A stretch of 64,000 bases of DNA from assembly GCA_964252035.1 (NCBI GenBank), contig OZ176202.1; one strand, given 5' to 3'. Position numbers and translations under genes: made by a program. The notes beneath the pieces were generated by a model, which saw only the letters and a list, made by a program, of their open reading frames with translations, ran no database searches and was not told the DNA's origin. This document shows, in pieces, positions 35,605-48,900 of the stretch. Numbering within the stretch: position 1 is the stretch's first letter; each line of letters opens with the position of its first letter. This DNA comes from Podarcis erhardii (lineage: Eukaryota).

Positions 35605-37102
35605 CTACAAAAGCAGAAGAGTGTTAGGAAGAATAGGAAGCTTGGTCCATTAGCCACTATCTGAAAGCAGCCACATTCATTCATTTTCTTGGCACAAATC
35701 TAGAAGTCATTTCAAATTTTCCAGCCAAGTTGGTTAAAGCAAGGAATATGGTTTCGCAAGTGTCCAAACAGATGTGTGAATGTTGGAATATTAGAACTCT
35801 GTTTCAGTAATGAGCTAATCAATCCTTAAACCCATCACATTTACATAGGTATCAGCACCTGCTGTAACCTGAGATGTGCAGTGCACCCACCATGCGCAAG
35901 AAGAGCAGAGTAGCAAGAGCTAGTATACTGACTAATGCACCACAAATGTCTTATGGATTAATATTGGGTGGGCAAGTACAAAGGTTCAGAAAGGAAGGCA
36001 GAAGGGCTCTAGGTAGACAAGAAAGAGAGTCTAGGTCAGAGCTTTGGAAACTTTTCACATTAGTGACACACTTTTTAGACATGTATCATTTCACGACACA
36101 GTAGTTCAGTTTTACTAGCAAACTGGAGGTTAAACTAACCCCTTTCCAGTCCTGGGAAGAGCATGGGGAACATTCGCACAACACATTGCAGCCGACACGC
36201 TAACGTGTTTGACACACAGTTTGGAAAGCTCGGGTCTAGGCTATAGCAGCTCTGCTGTAAGGCCCATGTCATCTAGCAGAATCTCTCATGAAATCTGGTA
36301 AACTATGCACCACACATCATAGGGCAGTGACCTGAATGGAAACAGACATTTTCCATTGGCGGGAGAGAAAAACGGAGAGAGGAGATGCCTGCCTCCCAGA
36401 ATGCTATGCTCATACCCAACGAGTGAATGGATTCTCACTGACGCAAATCAGGCATTTTCTCATATTGCCCCTGACTATGGAATGCCTTTCATTCTTCCAT
36501 ATGCAAAGCAGTTGTCAACTGTTTCAGACATCTTGTGAAGCCTTGTTTTTTTGTCCAGGCTTTCCCTGAAGCCAAAATATTTCTCAAAACATGAACCTAG
36601 AATCTATGATCAAGAAGTGTTCAGTGCTCTCCAGTGTGTGTGCTACAATAATAGTTGTACATTTCTTCCATTTTAAAACTTCTTTAAACTTTAAAACTCA
36701 GGAGGAAAACATTCAAATATAGTGGTTTGCTATGTAACTTACTATTGCATTATTGCTTAAAAAATGAATCTCTCATTATATAGCAATATAGCAATATATA
36801 TAGCAATCAACATGTTCTATTAACAGTGGCTACTTTATAAAAAAAACAGTTGTGAGATTCTGCAACACACACATCCTTCAAAACAAATGCAACCGGCAAG
36901 TGGGCTTTTGATTCTCATCTCATGCTTTCCCAGCAAGCATCAATGTAGTGATGCTGGGAATCCACTAAAACTCAGTGGCATACTAAAATCAACCTACCTG
37001 TATTGCACAATTATGCCAGAGTGTGGTTATAAACAGAAGCATGGATAATTAAAAGCGACGTTCCTTTTGATAGTGTTACAATCCAGGAGATTTATTAAAT
37101 AC

Positions 37103-37270
37103 CTTGATTATCATTAAATACGTTCAGAGCTGGAGCGATCTCCAAAGCTTTCCATAAACGGATAGTGCCATCTGCTGAACAGGAGAGCAAGCGCTGGTGT
37201 GCTCCACTGTAAACCAAGCCCCACACTGCATCCGTGTGGCCTACAAACGCACCTCTTAAGACTGAAGGAT
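37103..37270 (-). CDS. STRN: STRN exon 14, WD40 (DPSVLRGAFVGHTDAVWGLVYSGAHQRLLSCSADGTIRLW...NDNQ)
   Basis: cccacAG acceptor and AAG|GTATTT donor; 168 nt. Confidence 0.97.
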
Positions 37271-37701
37271 CTGTGGGATGAAAAAAATGCACAATACAAG
37301 AGGAAATGGGATTTCTTTATAAATATTATGTGCTGCAAAGATGCTCTAATGGCGGTTTACAAACCCTCTAGTCCTTCCTTAACTGCAGAAGTCCTGACAA
37401 CACAGACTGCTGACTCAGTCTACCTCCAAAGCAATAATACATCATGACCTTCTTCCATATCTTTTTTCCTATTACTGGGATCCTAAGCCAAGATTGCTTC
37501 CAAATTACAGAACTATCCTGTGTGATCTCTTATCAGGCATTTCTCTTTCACCCGGTTCAAGCTGCATTTTGTTTCTGAATAGAACCGTTTTTCCTTTTTC
37601 ATAGTGAGTTGTACTGCATTCAATAAGCTGTTGTGCATTTTTAATGTGCTCCCTTGCCCCCTAAAAGAGAAACCTGTAAAAAAAAGGGGGGGGACACTTA
37701 C

Positions 37702-37823
37702 CATAGGAATCATAAGGGTCAATATTTGGGTTTGTAGTATTCCAGCCCTGAATGAGGCCATCAGTTCCCCCACTATAACACTGCTCACCAGTATTACTCA
37801 TTACCACACAAAGCACAGGACTG
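37702..37823 (-). CDS. STRN: STRN exon 13, WD40 (SPVLCVVMSNTGEQCYSGGTDGLIQGWNTTNPNIDPYDSY)
   Basis: cctcttgcAG acceptor (CAGCAG tandem) and TG|GTAAGT donor; 122 nt. Confidence 0.96.
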
Positions 37824-39101
37824 CTGCAAGAGGAAGCAATACTGATTTAGTGGAGTTTTATTTCAAATATTTTCATTTCTATACTGCTTTATATTTTTAA
37901 GGGGAAAAAATCTCAGAGTGGTTTACAACACATTAAAACACCAATAAAACAATCCACAATAAAACATTACTGAAGAAAATGAAATGTGACGTATACCTTC
38001 AAAGAAACGTAATTAACAGGAAACATTTTTTCCTTCTGCCCCCTGGCATGCATTCCTCCTGTACACGATCCCCCCAACAAGGTATTTACGGAACTGCCAT
38101 AACGGGGCCAATGAGGTCCATAAGCTACAGGGCTCTGGCAGTAGATCACACCCCCATCAGCAGCCCATGGCGCTATCTGCCACTGCTGCCATCCACCTGC
38201 AGAGCGCCACTTTCACTCTTGCTGCTGTGGTAAGTAAAACAGCATTTGCTTCTGCAGGGAAATGGCCAGCAGCACTCATATAGGCTGGTCTTCACCTCAC
38301 TCTGAGCAAAGCATTGTGGGCGAGGTGGCCTCAGAGAGCACGGCTCTGCTGCAACAGCAGGAAATACTGTTTAACATTAAGAATTTAAGCAGTATGTGCC
38401 AACGCTGCAACAAAGCAACGGAGGTAGTGAAGCTGCCCTCTAGGGCCACATCACGAACAATGCCTTGCGCTGCGAAGAACTCTGCGATGAGATGGCCTTG
38501 GAAGTGCTGGTGGTGCTCATGCTGATCGTTCAGGGGGAGGAAAGTGGCAGCAACCCACCTCGGGGGGGGGGGTGCATTGTCGTGGGATGGCTTTGGCCAT
38601 AACCTCGCTTTTTAGACCATTCCCAACCACTTTTAAATTGTCCCTTCCCTATCCCCACTGCACACTTATCAACCTCTTTGGCCATTCCTCTCCAATTCAC
38701 GTGCTGAAGACTTAGCCTCTTGGTAAGTAAGTATTGTATCTGTGCTCTGCGTGGTACATAGCAAGACACTAGCACCACACAAGCGAAAGGTGGAAGGAGA
38801 AAAAAGCAAAAAAAGAAAGGAAGGCTAATGCAATCTGCCTCACCAGAGGCTGAACTGCAGTTCAGATTGCACCATCACCTTGCCAGGCTGCAGCTTTTAC
38901 CAGCCCCACCCCTTTTGGAAGGAAGAGTTCACTAGCATAGTAGAGGAGTGGTGAGCTGAGCTGGAGCCACAAGATGAAGAAACCACATGACCATTTGACA
39001 GGCTGAGTCAACACACTGTTTATCCCATAAAAGGAGAACTCTGTCAGGTGCTGCAGCTATATTCTCTGATAACAGAAAGAAGTTTCTGAATGCTTACTTA
39101 C

Positions 39102-39149
39102 TTGTGTGCCCTGAAAGTGTAGATAGGTTCAACATCAAGAGAGGCACTC
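39102..39149 (-). CDS. STRN: STRN exon 12 (SASLDVEPIYTFRAH)
   Basis: ttttttaAG acceptor and AA|GTAAGT donor; 48 nt. Confidence 0.95.
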
Positions 39150-39225
39150 CTTAAAAAAGCAGAATCACAGGTTCAGAAAATATTTGTTAAGGCATAAAAA
39201 AGTTAGCTTCCAGGTTGGCCTAAAC

Positions 39226-39362
39226 CAGGCATAGGCAAACTCAGCCCTCCAGATGTTTTGGGACTACAACTCCCATCATCTCTGACCACTGGTCCTGCGA
39301 GCTAGGGATGATAGGAGTTGTAGTCCCCTAAACATCTGGAGGGCTGAGTTTGCCTATGCCTG
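39226..39362. mobile_element. hAT-type palindromic MITE, same family as 6006-6141, opposite internal orientation
   Basis: Identical 16-bp TIRs; perfect TSD GCCTAAAC on both sides. Confidence 0.92.
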
Positions 39363-39649
39363 GCCTAAACTCACAGGACGCTTTTGAACACTTTTACCTC
39401 TACATGCACACTAAGTGTTCCTGACTCCTCCTCTTTGCCCCTCCCCACTTTTTATAAGCCACAGGCAGTCATTTCTTGTTCTGCAAAGTGTCCTTGTAAA
39501 AATCAAACAAAGCATAAAAAAGGACTGTGAAAGAATCAGCAAGAGCTGATTTCAGTGGCCAACCACCAATAGCCTATATACTGTGTAAGGAAAAAGACAA
39601 AAAAGTGGCTCTTGCAAAGCTATTTTATGTGTGTATATACAGTATGTAT

Positions 39650-40050
39650 TTATGTATATCCCACTTTTCATTATGTAGGTCTTGAAGAGGCTTACAAAAC
39701 AACAAAATATACATTATTCAAAATTTTAAACATAAATTAAAACCTCTAAAACTTAAAAACTCAAGAATTTTCATTTTTGTCAAATAAAACATCTAAGAAG
39801 CATTCAGGGTGCAAAGGCCTCCTTAAATAAAACAGTTTTGACCAGGAGTCCTGAGATTTAGTAGGGGCAGAGATGGTGTTTGTCGAACTTCCTGTGGGAA
39901 GGGCTTCCCCCGATGATCCCAGTAATTAACTTGGGGTTAAGTTATGCTGGGCCTAGGTTATTCAGGGTTTTGTAGACTAGCGCAAGAACCCTGAACTTGG
40001 CCCAATAATACACAGGAAGCCAGTGCAGGTCTTTTAACACCAGTGTCATG
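39650..40050 (-). mobile_element. Older L2 3' fragment
   Basis: tatatcccacttttc tail motif, aaaggcctccttaaataaaacagttttg and aggttattcagggttttgtagact are typical reverse-strand L2 motifs. Confidence 0.55.
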
Positions 40051-40539
40051 TGTCTGTCCCCATCACCGGTCTACCCGCAAGATTCTTGTGAATATTCACA
40101 GAACCAAGCAATTCTTGTTGCGGCAACGGCTGCCTTTTTGTGTGTGCTGTAAATACCAACTGATCCTTCCTAAGATTCTTGAGATATAGGAGAATACCAA
40201 AGACTATGAGTAAGTTCCCTTTTCTTATAATGGCAACAGGTTATTACTTAAATAGTACCTTTCTTTGCTTTTATATAATTCAATATGATACACGATCACA
40301 TATATACATATACATGCGCCATTTATAAGACTTATAAATGTTTATAAGGTTTAAATCTAACTGGCATGCATTCTGGAAGAGAAACAATATTCCTTAACCC
40401 AATAAGTGAGTCAGCAGGTAATATTTATCCTTGAGAGGATTAATCAGGCCTAAACTAGTCATTATGTTTCTACCATGTTTCTACAATGATTAGTCTAAAA
40501 AATTAATCTCCACATGTCTTTTAACAATCACAATCTTAC

Positions 40540-40715
40540 TTTTTTGCTGGAGATGTTTTCTGCAAATTCCACATTTTTAATGTATGGTCTTCGGATGCCG
40601 TAATTAACACAGGTTCAACAGGATGGAAAGCAAGACCTCTTATTCCATCAAAATGACTCCTTAAGGTGAATTTGGGGTTCCAGGTCTTCCTCAGTGCATC
40701 TTTATTATTTGCTAT
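40540..40715 (-). CDS. STRN: STRN exon 11, first WD40 repeat (IANNKDALRKTWNPKFTLRSHFDGIR...WNLQKTSPAK)
   Basis: accacAG acceptor and AA|GTAAGA donor; 176 nt. Confidence 0.97.
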
Positions 40716-42399
40716 CTGTGGTAATAAAAACAAAAGCTTCAGTTTAGCCAATGCGAGGCGGGGGACTATTAAAACAGATGGTATTTCATTTTCCTACTAT
40801 CAAATGCTGAGTTCGGACTATGTGGCAGAAAAAGTAACAAAAAATAGAGATGCAACTGTTTTTTCCTATTAAAGTTAACCCTCCAGTCATTAAAGTCAAC
40901 AACAACAAAAAAAGTCAAGAGCTGTACGACCTGTATTTCTTCATTTTAACAGTGTTGCCTGCAAAACAGCATGAGATGGAACCTTGAGGGGACAAGCATT
41001 CATTTTTAAGAAATACACAGCATGCCTTATGAACAGTTGGCAGCTGTATCAATAGACTTCAAACTCTACCCCTCATTTCCCTGTTCCCCTCTTCTCATCA
41101 ATTTCTCTTTGCTCTGAATTATTATGCTTGCCTCCCCTTTCCCATAAAAGCCTGAGTATATTCTTGGATGTCCGCATACTTTCTGCTGTCCTCCCTACTA
41201 TTTCATCCACACAAGAGGTGGCTTCTTTAAATATCTGCAAACAGAGCTTCATTCTTATTCCTTCTTTAAAACATGCTTCACCATTTATTTCATATATATA
41301 TATTCCACTTTTTCATCCCAAGTAGCTTGCAAAATGGAAAGATACAATCCAAAATCACTACATTAAAATACCAGATGAAAACTGTAATAAAAGCACAGCA
41401 TGGATCAGCAAAATACAATGCAATCATTAATCAATAATGAACAGCTGGCAAAATAAGTCTGAACACTGCTCCTGAAAAAGCCCTGTCTCAAGGCAACACC
41501 AATGCTGGTGAGATAGAAAGGAAGGCTGATGACTCCAACAAGTTGATAAATTCATATGGAAAGTAATCCATTCAGTGCCTCTGAAAAGCTTTTGGAAGTG
41601 TATGCAATAAATGGTCAGCAATAAATCATTTATCTTGGCCATGCATTGGAAAGAGAAGCCACATCCAATTTTATAATAACTACTGCCACATCAGAGCATT
41701 GTCCTGTAAAAGAACATCCTCTACTTAAGGCAGCTTTGGGTAGTTCAGGGATCAGCACAGCATAGACATCATTTGTAGGACTGTAAGCAGATTATACTTA
41801 TAAGAATCGATTGCTAAAGAGATAAATGGCAGAGCGCCCTTGTGAATGCAAGCTTTCATATTCTTGCATGTTTGCATGTTTTATTAATCTTACATGTTAA
41901 ATTATGATTTTTCCGAACTATGCATTGTACAGGAACACAGCATTCCAGAAGTCTGGTCACCAAAGGAACCATACTATTAGGTCTGGCACCTCAGATAGAG
42001 AAAGAACATTCTCCCTCCCACTGCAAAGCGAAGGAACATGGCTGCATTCAAATGGTTGAGTTGCAGAGGTCAGAATTGCCTATAGATGGCACTGCAGCCA
42101 CTCCAGCCATGTTGCTTCCAAGAGTCTTTGCAAAGAGGTAGGAGATGCCCTGTTGTTGCCACAGTGCTGCTCAACCGTTTCACCAATGGAAGGGTTTCGG
42201 AAGAAAATCAGGAAAAAAGGTGGGGATGAAGAGGGAACGAAAAAGCAGAGGAAGCAGAGATCATGGAAGCGAGAGAGGGAGTGGAGAAGGCTGTAGCAGC
42301 CAGTGAGCCAGACTTTTGGGCTTATTTTGACTTTCAGAGCATCATGCAGCACTCCTACCTTAAGGAAATGTCCTTGTAACAATCCTATAAGGTAGATCA

Positions 42400-42585
42400 A
42401 AAGAACCATAGCTCAGCGGTAAAGCACATGCTTTCCATAGAGAAGGTCCAAGCCCCAGCATCTCCATATAGGGCTGGGAAAGACTCTGGTCCAAAAGCCT
42501 GGAGAGCCTCTGCCAGTCAGTGTAGACAGGACTGGGTTAGATGGAACAATGACTCATTATAAGGCAGCTTCTTCCTATTTTCCTA
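42400..42585 (+). mobile_element. tRNA-derived SINE (Squam3-like); related fragments at about 23195-23285 (-) and 61628-61720 (+)
   Basis: ccatagctcagcggtaaagcacatgc...ccagcatctcc...agggctgggaaagactc...ctggagagcc.ctgccagtcagtgtagac...ataaggcagcttc. Confidence 0.75.
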
Positions 42586-42639
42586 TCACAATTTTTACCT
42601 GTTGAACAACAGAGGCAACAGTGACAAGCTAGCACTTAC

Positions 42640-42776
42640 ATCGTACGTCAGAGAATCTGCCTCATTGGCTACTGTTAGGCCTGCTAGTTCCCCAAGACCC
42701 AGCTCGTTTTCAAGGGCCTCGTCTGCTCCCATAATGAAAGACTTTCCGGATGAAGGAGGGAATGTTAAAGCTTCAA
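42640..42776 (-). CDS. STRN: STRN exon 10 (VEALTFPPSSGKSFIMGADEALENELGLGELAGLTVANEADSLTYD)
   Basis: cttttcAG acceptor and GAT|GTAAGT donor; 137 nt. Confidence 0.97.
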
Positions 42777-43043
42777 CTGAAAGAGAAGAAATGAAAGTTA
42801 AGTACTCCATACAATCAGAAGCTTGGCATAAGCAATTCAACTGAAATTCAGTAGAGTAAGCTCTTTACAAAACAAAGTGAAATTAACATGCGCAAATCAG
42901 CACCAGCAGAATCCAATTTTTGCCAGAAATAAAGTTCTTAAATACACATACCTCGGAAGCTGATTTCTTCAGAATTGTTCAAAACAATTAAGCACTAAAA
43001 AAGGAAATACTGTTTGGCTGATTGCACTAATATTTGTGCAAGA

Positions 43044-43213
43044 GACTTCAGATGTCAAGGAGATGAGTAATTACATGACATTTAGGAAACATCTGAAGGC
43101 AGCCCTTTATGGTGAAGCTTTTTAAGGTGTAATGTTTTATTATGTTTTTATATATGCTGGAAGTCGCCCAGAGTGGCTGGGGCAACCCAGTCAGATTGGC
43201 AGGGTACAAATAA

Positions 43214-43251
<38 letters not shown>
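43044..43251 (+). mobile_element. L2 3' end with long (TTA)n tail
   Basis: Same family as 6330-6470 (cagatgtcaaggagat...catctgaaggcagccct...gaagtcgcccagagtggctgggg). Confidence 0.88.
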
Positions 43252-43252
<1 letters not shown>

Positions 43253-44832
43253 CTATGGAATCCACTCCTACAAGAGGCAGGGGTGGCCACTCTAATTCTG
43301 ACGACTTGAAAAGATTAGACAAATTCATAGAGGAAAAGGCGATCAATGACTACTAGCCATGGAGGCCAAGTTCCACCACGCCCTCTGAATACCAGTTGCA
43401 TCGCAGGTGGGATGAGTGTTCAGGTTCTGCTTGTAAGCATCCTTTGGAGCATCTGGTTGGCCACTGTGGGACCAGAGTGCTGGACTAATGGGCCTGATCC
43501 AAGTTCACTCTGATGTTTTCAAGTAGTCCCATTGATTCCAAAGGGAGAATGAAATATTCAGCCCAAAATTCAATGGGGCTGAAAAGAGGGTGGGTCACAT
43601 TCATATTTTCCTAAAAATAAAAATATTGCATTCTGAATGCTAGGAAAATGCAACAAAGTAAAAACAGTACATAGCGGTGGCCGGGGGCGGGGGATCACCT
43701 GTAAAAGCCCTAAATCTTGCCATAAGTTTGCCAAAACATCGAACACCCATTCAAAAATCGAAGGTAGCCTTCAGCCCAATTGTGTGAAGGTCAAAGCAAT
43801 GCTGAGACTGTAAGCTCAGGACACCCAACTGAGCAATTGTGGAAAAACTACCACCTAGGCCTTTCCAGCAGTGAACCCAACGTGGGATGGGGGAAAAATG
43901 TTCCAAGCAAAAGGAGATTTCCCCCCACTTCTCAAAGTGTTGCTAAGTAACATTTTGTCTTTCAAAGCATATATTTTAAGCATGTGGGCTGCTGATCGTT
44001 CAATATTCTGCTGCACTTGTTCCATGTAGTGTGCTACATCCACTTCTTAAAATGCAGCCAGCAGAAGCTGTTTTAATCAGACTAGTAGCCATTACATGAC
44101 AAATACATATTTTCTATTTATAAATATGCCCAGACAGCAATTTTAAACAGAGGAAGTTGGATCCAGTTCACGACTAGAGGTGGCTTTGCAATTGGCAACT
44201 GGGAGATTTCAGGGCCGGTATCTGGCAGCGTTCAAGTTGGAGGCATTATTACCTCTGAGGAAGAATCAGCTGCGACTTCTGCAACTGCAGCTTCTCAAAA
44301 AGTGTCACTCACAATAACTGAAATGGAAAGCCCCCATGGGGACGTGCTGGTCTACACAAATGGTACCTTCATTTGAATGCTGGCCAGGAGATGCTCATCG
44401 AGTGTAAACTGCCCCTTAAACTTAGCAAGGTTAAGTTTAATATGAAATCAAAAGGGCTTTCTTGGAAGACATGTTAAAGAAAACCAATTATTTAGCTTGT
44501 TGACAGTGGAATGGTGATGTTTTTATATATGTTTTCAGGTTTTATATGTTTTCAGGTTTTCAGAACTTGCTTAATTTTTCCCTCAAATATCTATCAACTA
44601 GAGACTGGTGCAAAAGATAAGCACCTAGAATTAAAGTCTTCTGAATCCAGACATTTATTCTGAGCACCAAAACTTATATAAGCTCACAGTCTTTCCACAC
44701 AAAAATCTATTCCTGGCTGCTTGCTTCTCTTCACCCACCCACCCATCCGCCTTCCTTTTTTTCTTCTAATATACTCCTTGCCTCCAATTTTCTTCATTCT
44801 AGCAGCATAATTTAAGACGGACATTTTGTTGC

Positions 44833-44910
44833 CATTGTGGAAGACAGGAGTGCCTGGCGTGCTCTGGTCCATGGGGTTACGAAGTGTCGGACACAACTAA
44901 ACGAGAACAC
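44833..44910 (+). mobile_element. BovB/RTE LINE (or Sauria SINE) 3' end fragment
   Basis: gacaggagtgcctggcgtgctctggtccatggggttacgaagtgtcggacacaactaaacg matches the BovB 3' terminus. Confidence 0.75.
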
Positions 44911-45836
44911 TAGTCAGAATCCTTGTCACTCTGCTTCAAATCATCCAGAGCTTCCAGTAGATCCAGATCTACCATTAATCCACTCCTGCTTTATGTATTG
45001 GTAAGGTACATTAAGAGTTGGTTCTGTAATTTGCCATGTGCTTGAAAAATACTAGCAAAGTTAAAATTTTCAGGACATAGTAATCTTGCGATCTTATTTA
45101 CTCATAAGAATTACCATGCAAAACAGCAGCTTTGCAAAACTGAAAGGAAGGAAGTTTGGTAGTATGTATACAAAGAAAGGATGGAGCATTTAATCAACTC
45201 TTAGTTGGAGTAACTGATTAAGAACATTTAATCAGCTAAAAAGATGCCCCCAAATATTTGGACAACAGATTGGTGGAGATTTCTTTTTAAAGAGAAATGT
45301 ATAGCATATGTATTTGTAATACAAATAATTATAAAAACTACAGGTAGGAAGCTCCATCCTGTGATTTCCCCTTTGTTTTCACATAGGAAGTATTATTACT
45401 TCTTGTAAGGTTATGCTTGCTACAACATGCATCTTCTAAAAATCATCTTCGCTTCAGAACACATATACATACAAAGCTGACAGAATAATAGGCAAAAGCT
45501 CAAATATCAACTAGTTCAGATTCCTTTAATTCAGGAGTAGGGACCCTTTTTGGCCAAAAATGTCAGATTGTTATTTTCCCCAGCCATCAGACCTGTCGGG
45601 CCTGAATGTCACAATGATGTCAGGTGGCTGCAGAGGCCTTCAGAAGCATCTTCCAAAGCCCTATTTTGCTAGCACCCCTTGATCAACCCATCAAAGGTGC
45701 CTGCAAAACACCCTTTCAATTTAGGGCCCTAAAGGGTGTAGTTTGGCCAAAACGGAGAGGTCTGGCAGGCTTGATTAGGCCTCGTTTTCTCAAGCAATAG
45801 CTCTAATGCACCCCTTACACACACAGCAGCCCTCAC

Positions 45837-45980
45837 CTTCATCTGTTCTATTGATTTCTTGTTCAATAAGCCGTGAAGTACTGGATCTGGTGAGAGACAT
45901 GGCTGACTGTTGTAATCCAGGCAGATCATCAACATCTCTCAAGTTAGCAAGCATATCTTGTAGTTTTGACCTGTTGGGCC
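45837..45980 (-). CDS. STRN: STRN exon 9 (RPNRSKLQDMLANLRDVDDLPGLQQ...INRTDE)
   Basis: ttttggccAG acceptor and AAG|GTGAGG donor; 144 nt. Confidence 0.97.
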
Positions 45981-48900
45981 CTGGCCAAAAACAACAAAAT
46001 GTGGGGGGAAAGTTTTGCAAACATTAATAAAAGTAGTGTTACTATTAACTAACATGTTGCACCAACAATAATGACAATGAGTGCTATTTATAGCAAAAGA
46101 AAAAGATGAACATGAGTCAAATAATGATTCCTACTTCCACCAGTAACTAAATTTATGGCATGAAATGAACTGCTTTAAGAAGGAAGTGATGAAAACTGAG
46201 GTTTTGCACGCACACTTCTGTTCACTGCATGGACTTGCTTGAGAAATGTAAAATGCATCCAAGTGACAGCAAATAAAACAAAAAATAATTTTATTTTTCC
46301 AAAGACTGTAACACTTGTGAGTTAATTTTTTTGCACAAGCTTTCAAACTTTCACAAAATTGTGCAGGACTGTGACCGTGCCACAATCTAAACAATGACAA
46401 TTACTTTTAAAAAATTGAAAAACAAAAACAATCAAGCAAGAGTCGCTGGTTTTGTTCTTCCTGAAACTACATGTGGTGAAAACCCATGCCCTTCTCAAAA
46501 CTTACCTGCATTTTGCTCCATCATTTTCCCACATCCCTGTTTTGACTGTTTTATATAGGACTGAGGCTGAAACATATCTTCGGTAGTTTTTCCTGTTGTA
46601 AGTTTAATTAAGAATGGGAAAATATCTTACCCACAGTCCATAACCGTTTTTCCTAATCTACTAAATAATATAACTATTTCTAGTCACCTTAAAGTGTATT
46701 CTAAGACAGGTCTGAACTTAGCACACTTCACAAGGACTTTTTACAGCAGCCTAGCAAAATCACAGCACTTTCCTCAAATTATTCGGTCCAAATCCTGCCA
46801 TAATAATAACAACGATTTGTAACGACTGATATTTGTTTCAGACAAACAATTCAGGATTTTGCAAGACTATAACAGAAGTGCTTGTCTGCAAATATACAAA
46901 ATTCTACAGGTGTGCACATTCATTAAAGTTATATATGCTTTACAGCTGAACATTCATGCCCCTAGATTTCCACTTTTAACCTTTCTGTCACCAAATATAA
47001 CTGATTTATCACAGTTACAAACTATTCTAGATTATGCATAACTGATGCATCTTCCAAGAGTGTTGGCCCTGAGCAGATGCTTAATTTCTGTAATGGCAAA
47101 ATGCTACTTGATTTCATTTAATTAAGATTCATAACCAGTTATTTTTCATATCAGGAAAAGCTGGGAGAGGGGGAAGCAAATTCCATTCTTTCATCCATCA
47201 CTCTTGTTTAAACATTTAGCTCTTTAGTTCAGAAAGAAGAGTGGCATGGTTTTAAAACCCAATTTGGTTATACACATAATAATTTACAGTCAAAACAAAT
47301 GCCTCATCTCAAATTTAAAAATCTATTTCTTTTCTGCTAGGTATGCCACTCTATTGAGCACGACCTTCGTGCAGTCCTCTGTGTTTTAGTTTTATCTCAT
47401 CCTGATCAATAGTTTGCTACTCACTAAATGAAACACATTCCACCAATCATGACCTGCTTGGCATTTGGCATCCCCCACCTCAGTTCTTGTAGTCTCAGGT
47501 AGGGAGCAAAAATATAGTTTTAAAGTGAGAACCTCTGGCAGGCTACACCAGGGACTAACCTACACTGGTAGGTTATAACGTTAAAAATGTGTTATAAAAA
47601 TGTGGCACCAGGGGGCGCTGCAGAGCTGCGAGTCGCCAGCAATGGAAAAATGGATTGAGTGATATATAACGTTATTTTTAATTAATGGTTTTACAGATCA
47701 ATGTAGCTCCCTATGTTGCTAGTGGGCTGGATTCAGCATGACGAGTTGCAGAGGCCCATGCTCGAATGCAAAGTGCCATAAACTCCTGTGGCCTATGCTA
47801 CCTAAGATATTCAGACCACGTATCTATACATGTTCTTTGCATGATTCTCAACATTTAACAAGCTTGTAGTGAGTCCCAAATTCTGATATTTTTTGGGTGG
47901 CAAGGAATGAATGGAAAAAGGAAGAGCAATTTGCCAAACCTCACAATGGAGAATCTAGTAAAGAACTTGAATTACTAGATCTTGTAGCAATGACTAAGGC
48001 AAGAGCATATCCCCTCATACTATGGGGCAGCACCGATGAACAGGAGAATGAATACTCTTGAAGTAGGCCTTAGGATCAGTGGATAGGACTTCATTCAGCC
48101 AGAGTAAAGCCTGTCTCAGTCCCATTAGCTGAATTGGGTGGGCTGGCAGAAGCCTTAGGGTTTTAAAACAAAACAGAATGTGGCAGGCTGCCAGGAGATC
48201 TGGACATTGTCCCAGAAAAGTGGCTAACCCTTAAATGATGTTTTGGAGGAATACATGATGTACAGCATTTTGAAAGAATGGTTTGCAAGGTGACAGGGAC
48301 AGGTTACTTGTCTTACTGCCGCTGAAGCATTTCTCCATAACCAAAAAACCTAATAAATAGAATTATCCACTTCCTTCTTTTCAATACTCAGATGTAGAAT
48401 ACAGGGAATCAATGAAGTGGTTATGCTTCAGTAAAGCACTCTCAAAAAATTCAAGGAGGGAGACCTGTATCTTCTCCTTTCCCTACAACGTCTAGGGGAA
48501 ATACCGGTAACTTGCCAGGTATCATATTTTAGAGTTTACCATAGTAAATACAGCAGAATAAATAGCTGATGTAAGGAGGACTTTCTCTCAGGTTTGTAAA
48601 TGCATGATGAATGAGTATTGCAATTTGAGCAACAAAACAGAGGAATATACAAAGTATATTCATCCAAATTTCAGACTCTATCGTGCCTTTTGCCATTAGG
48701 CCCACAAGTAATCACCAAATACATTTTAACACTACCAAAATTTGGTACTGTGATCCAATTATAATATTTTTTAGCTGAAAAATTATCTGTTCTATGATCC
48801 TAACAGTGCTAACACTATAAGGCTGCACAGACCAAAAGCCCCTGCAACATGCTGAAAGCTAGCATTTAGCAAAGTCCTCCCCAAGAATAATGGGGAAAGC

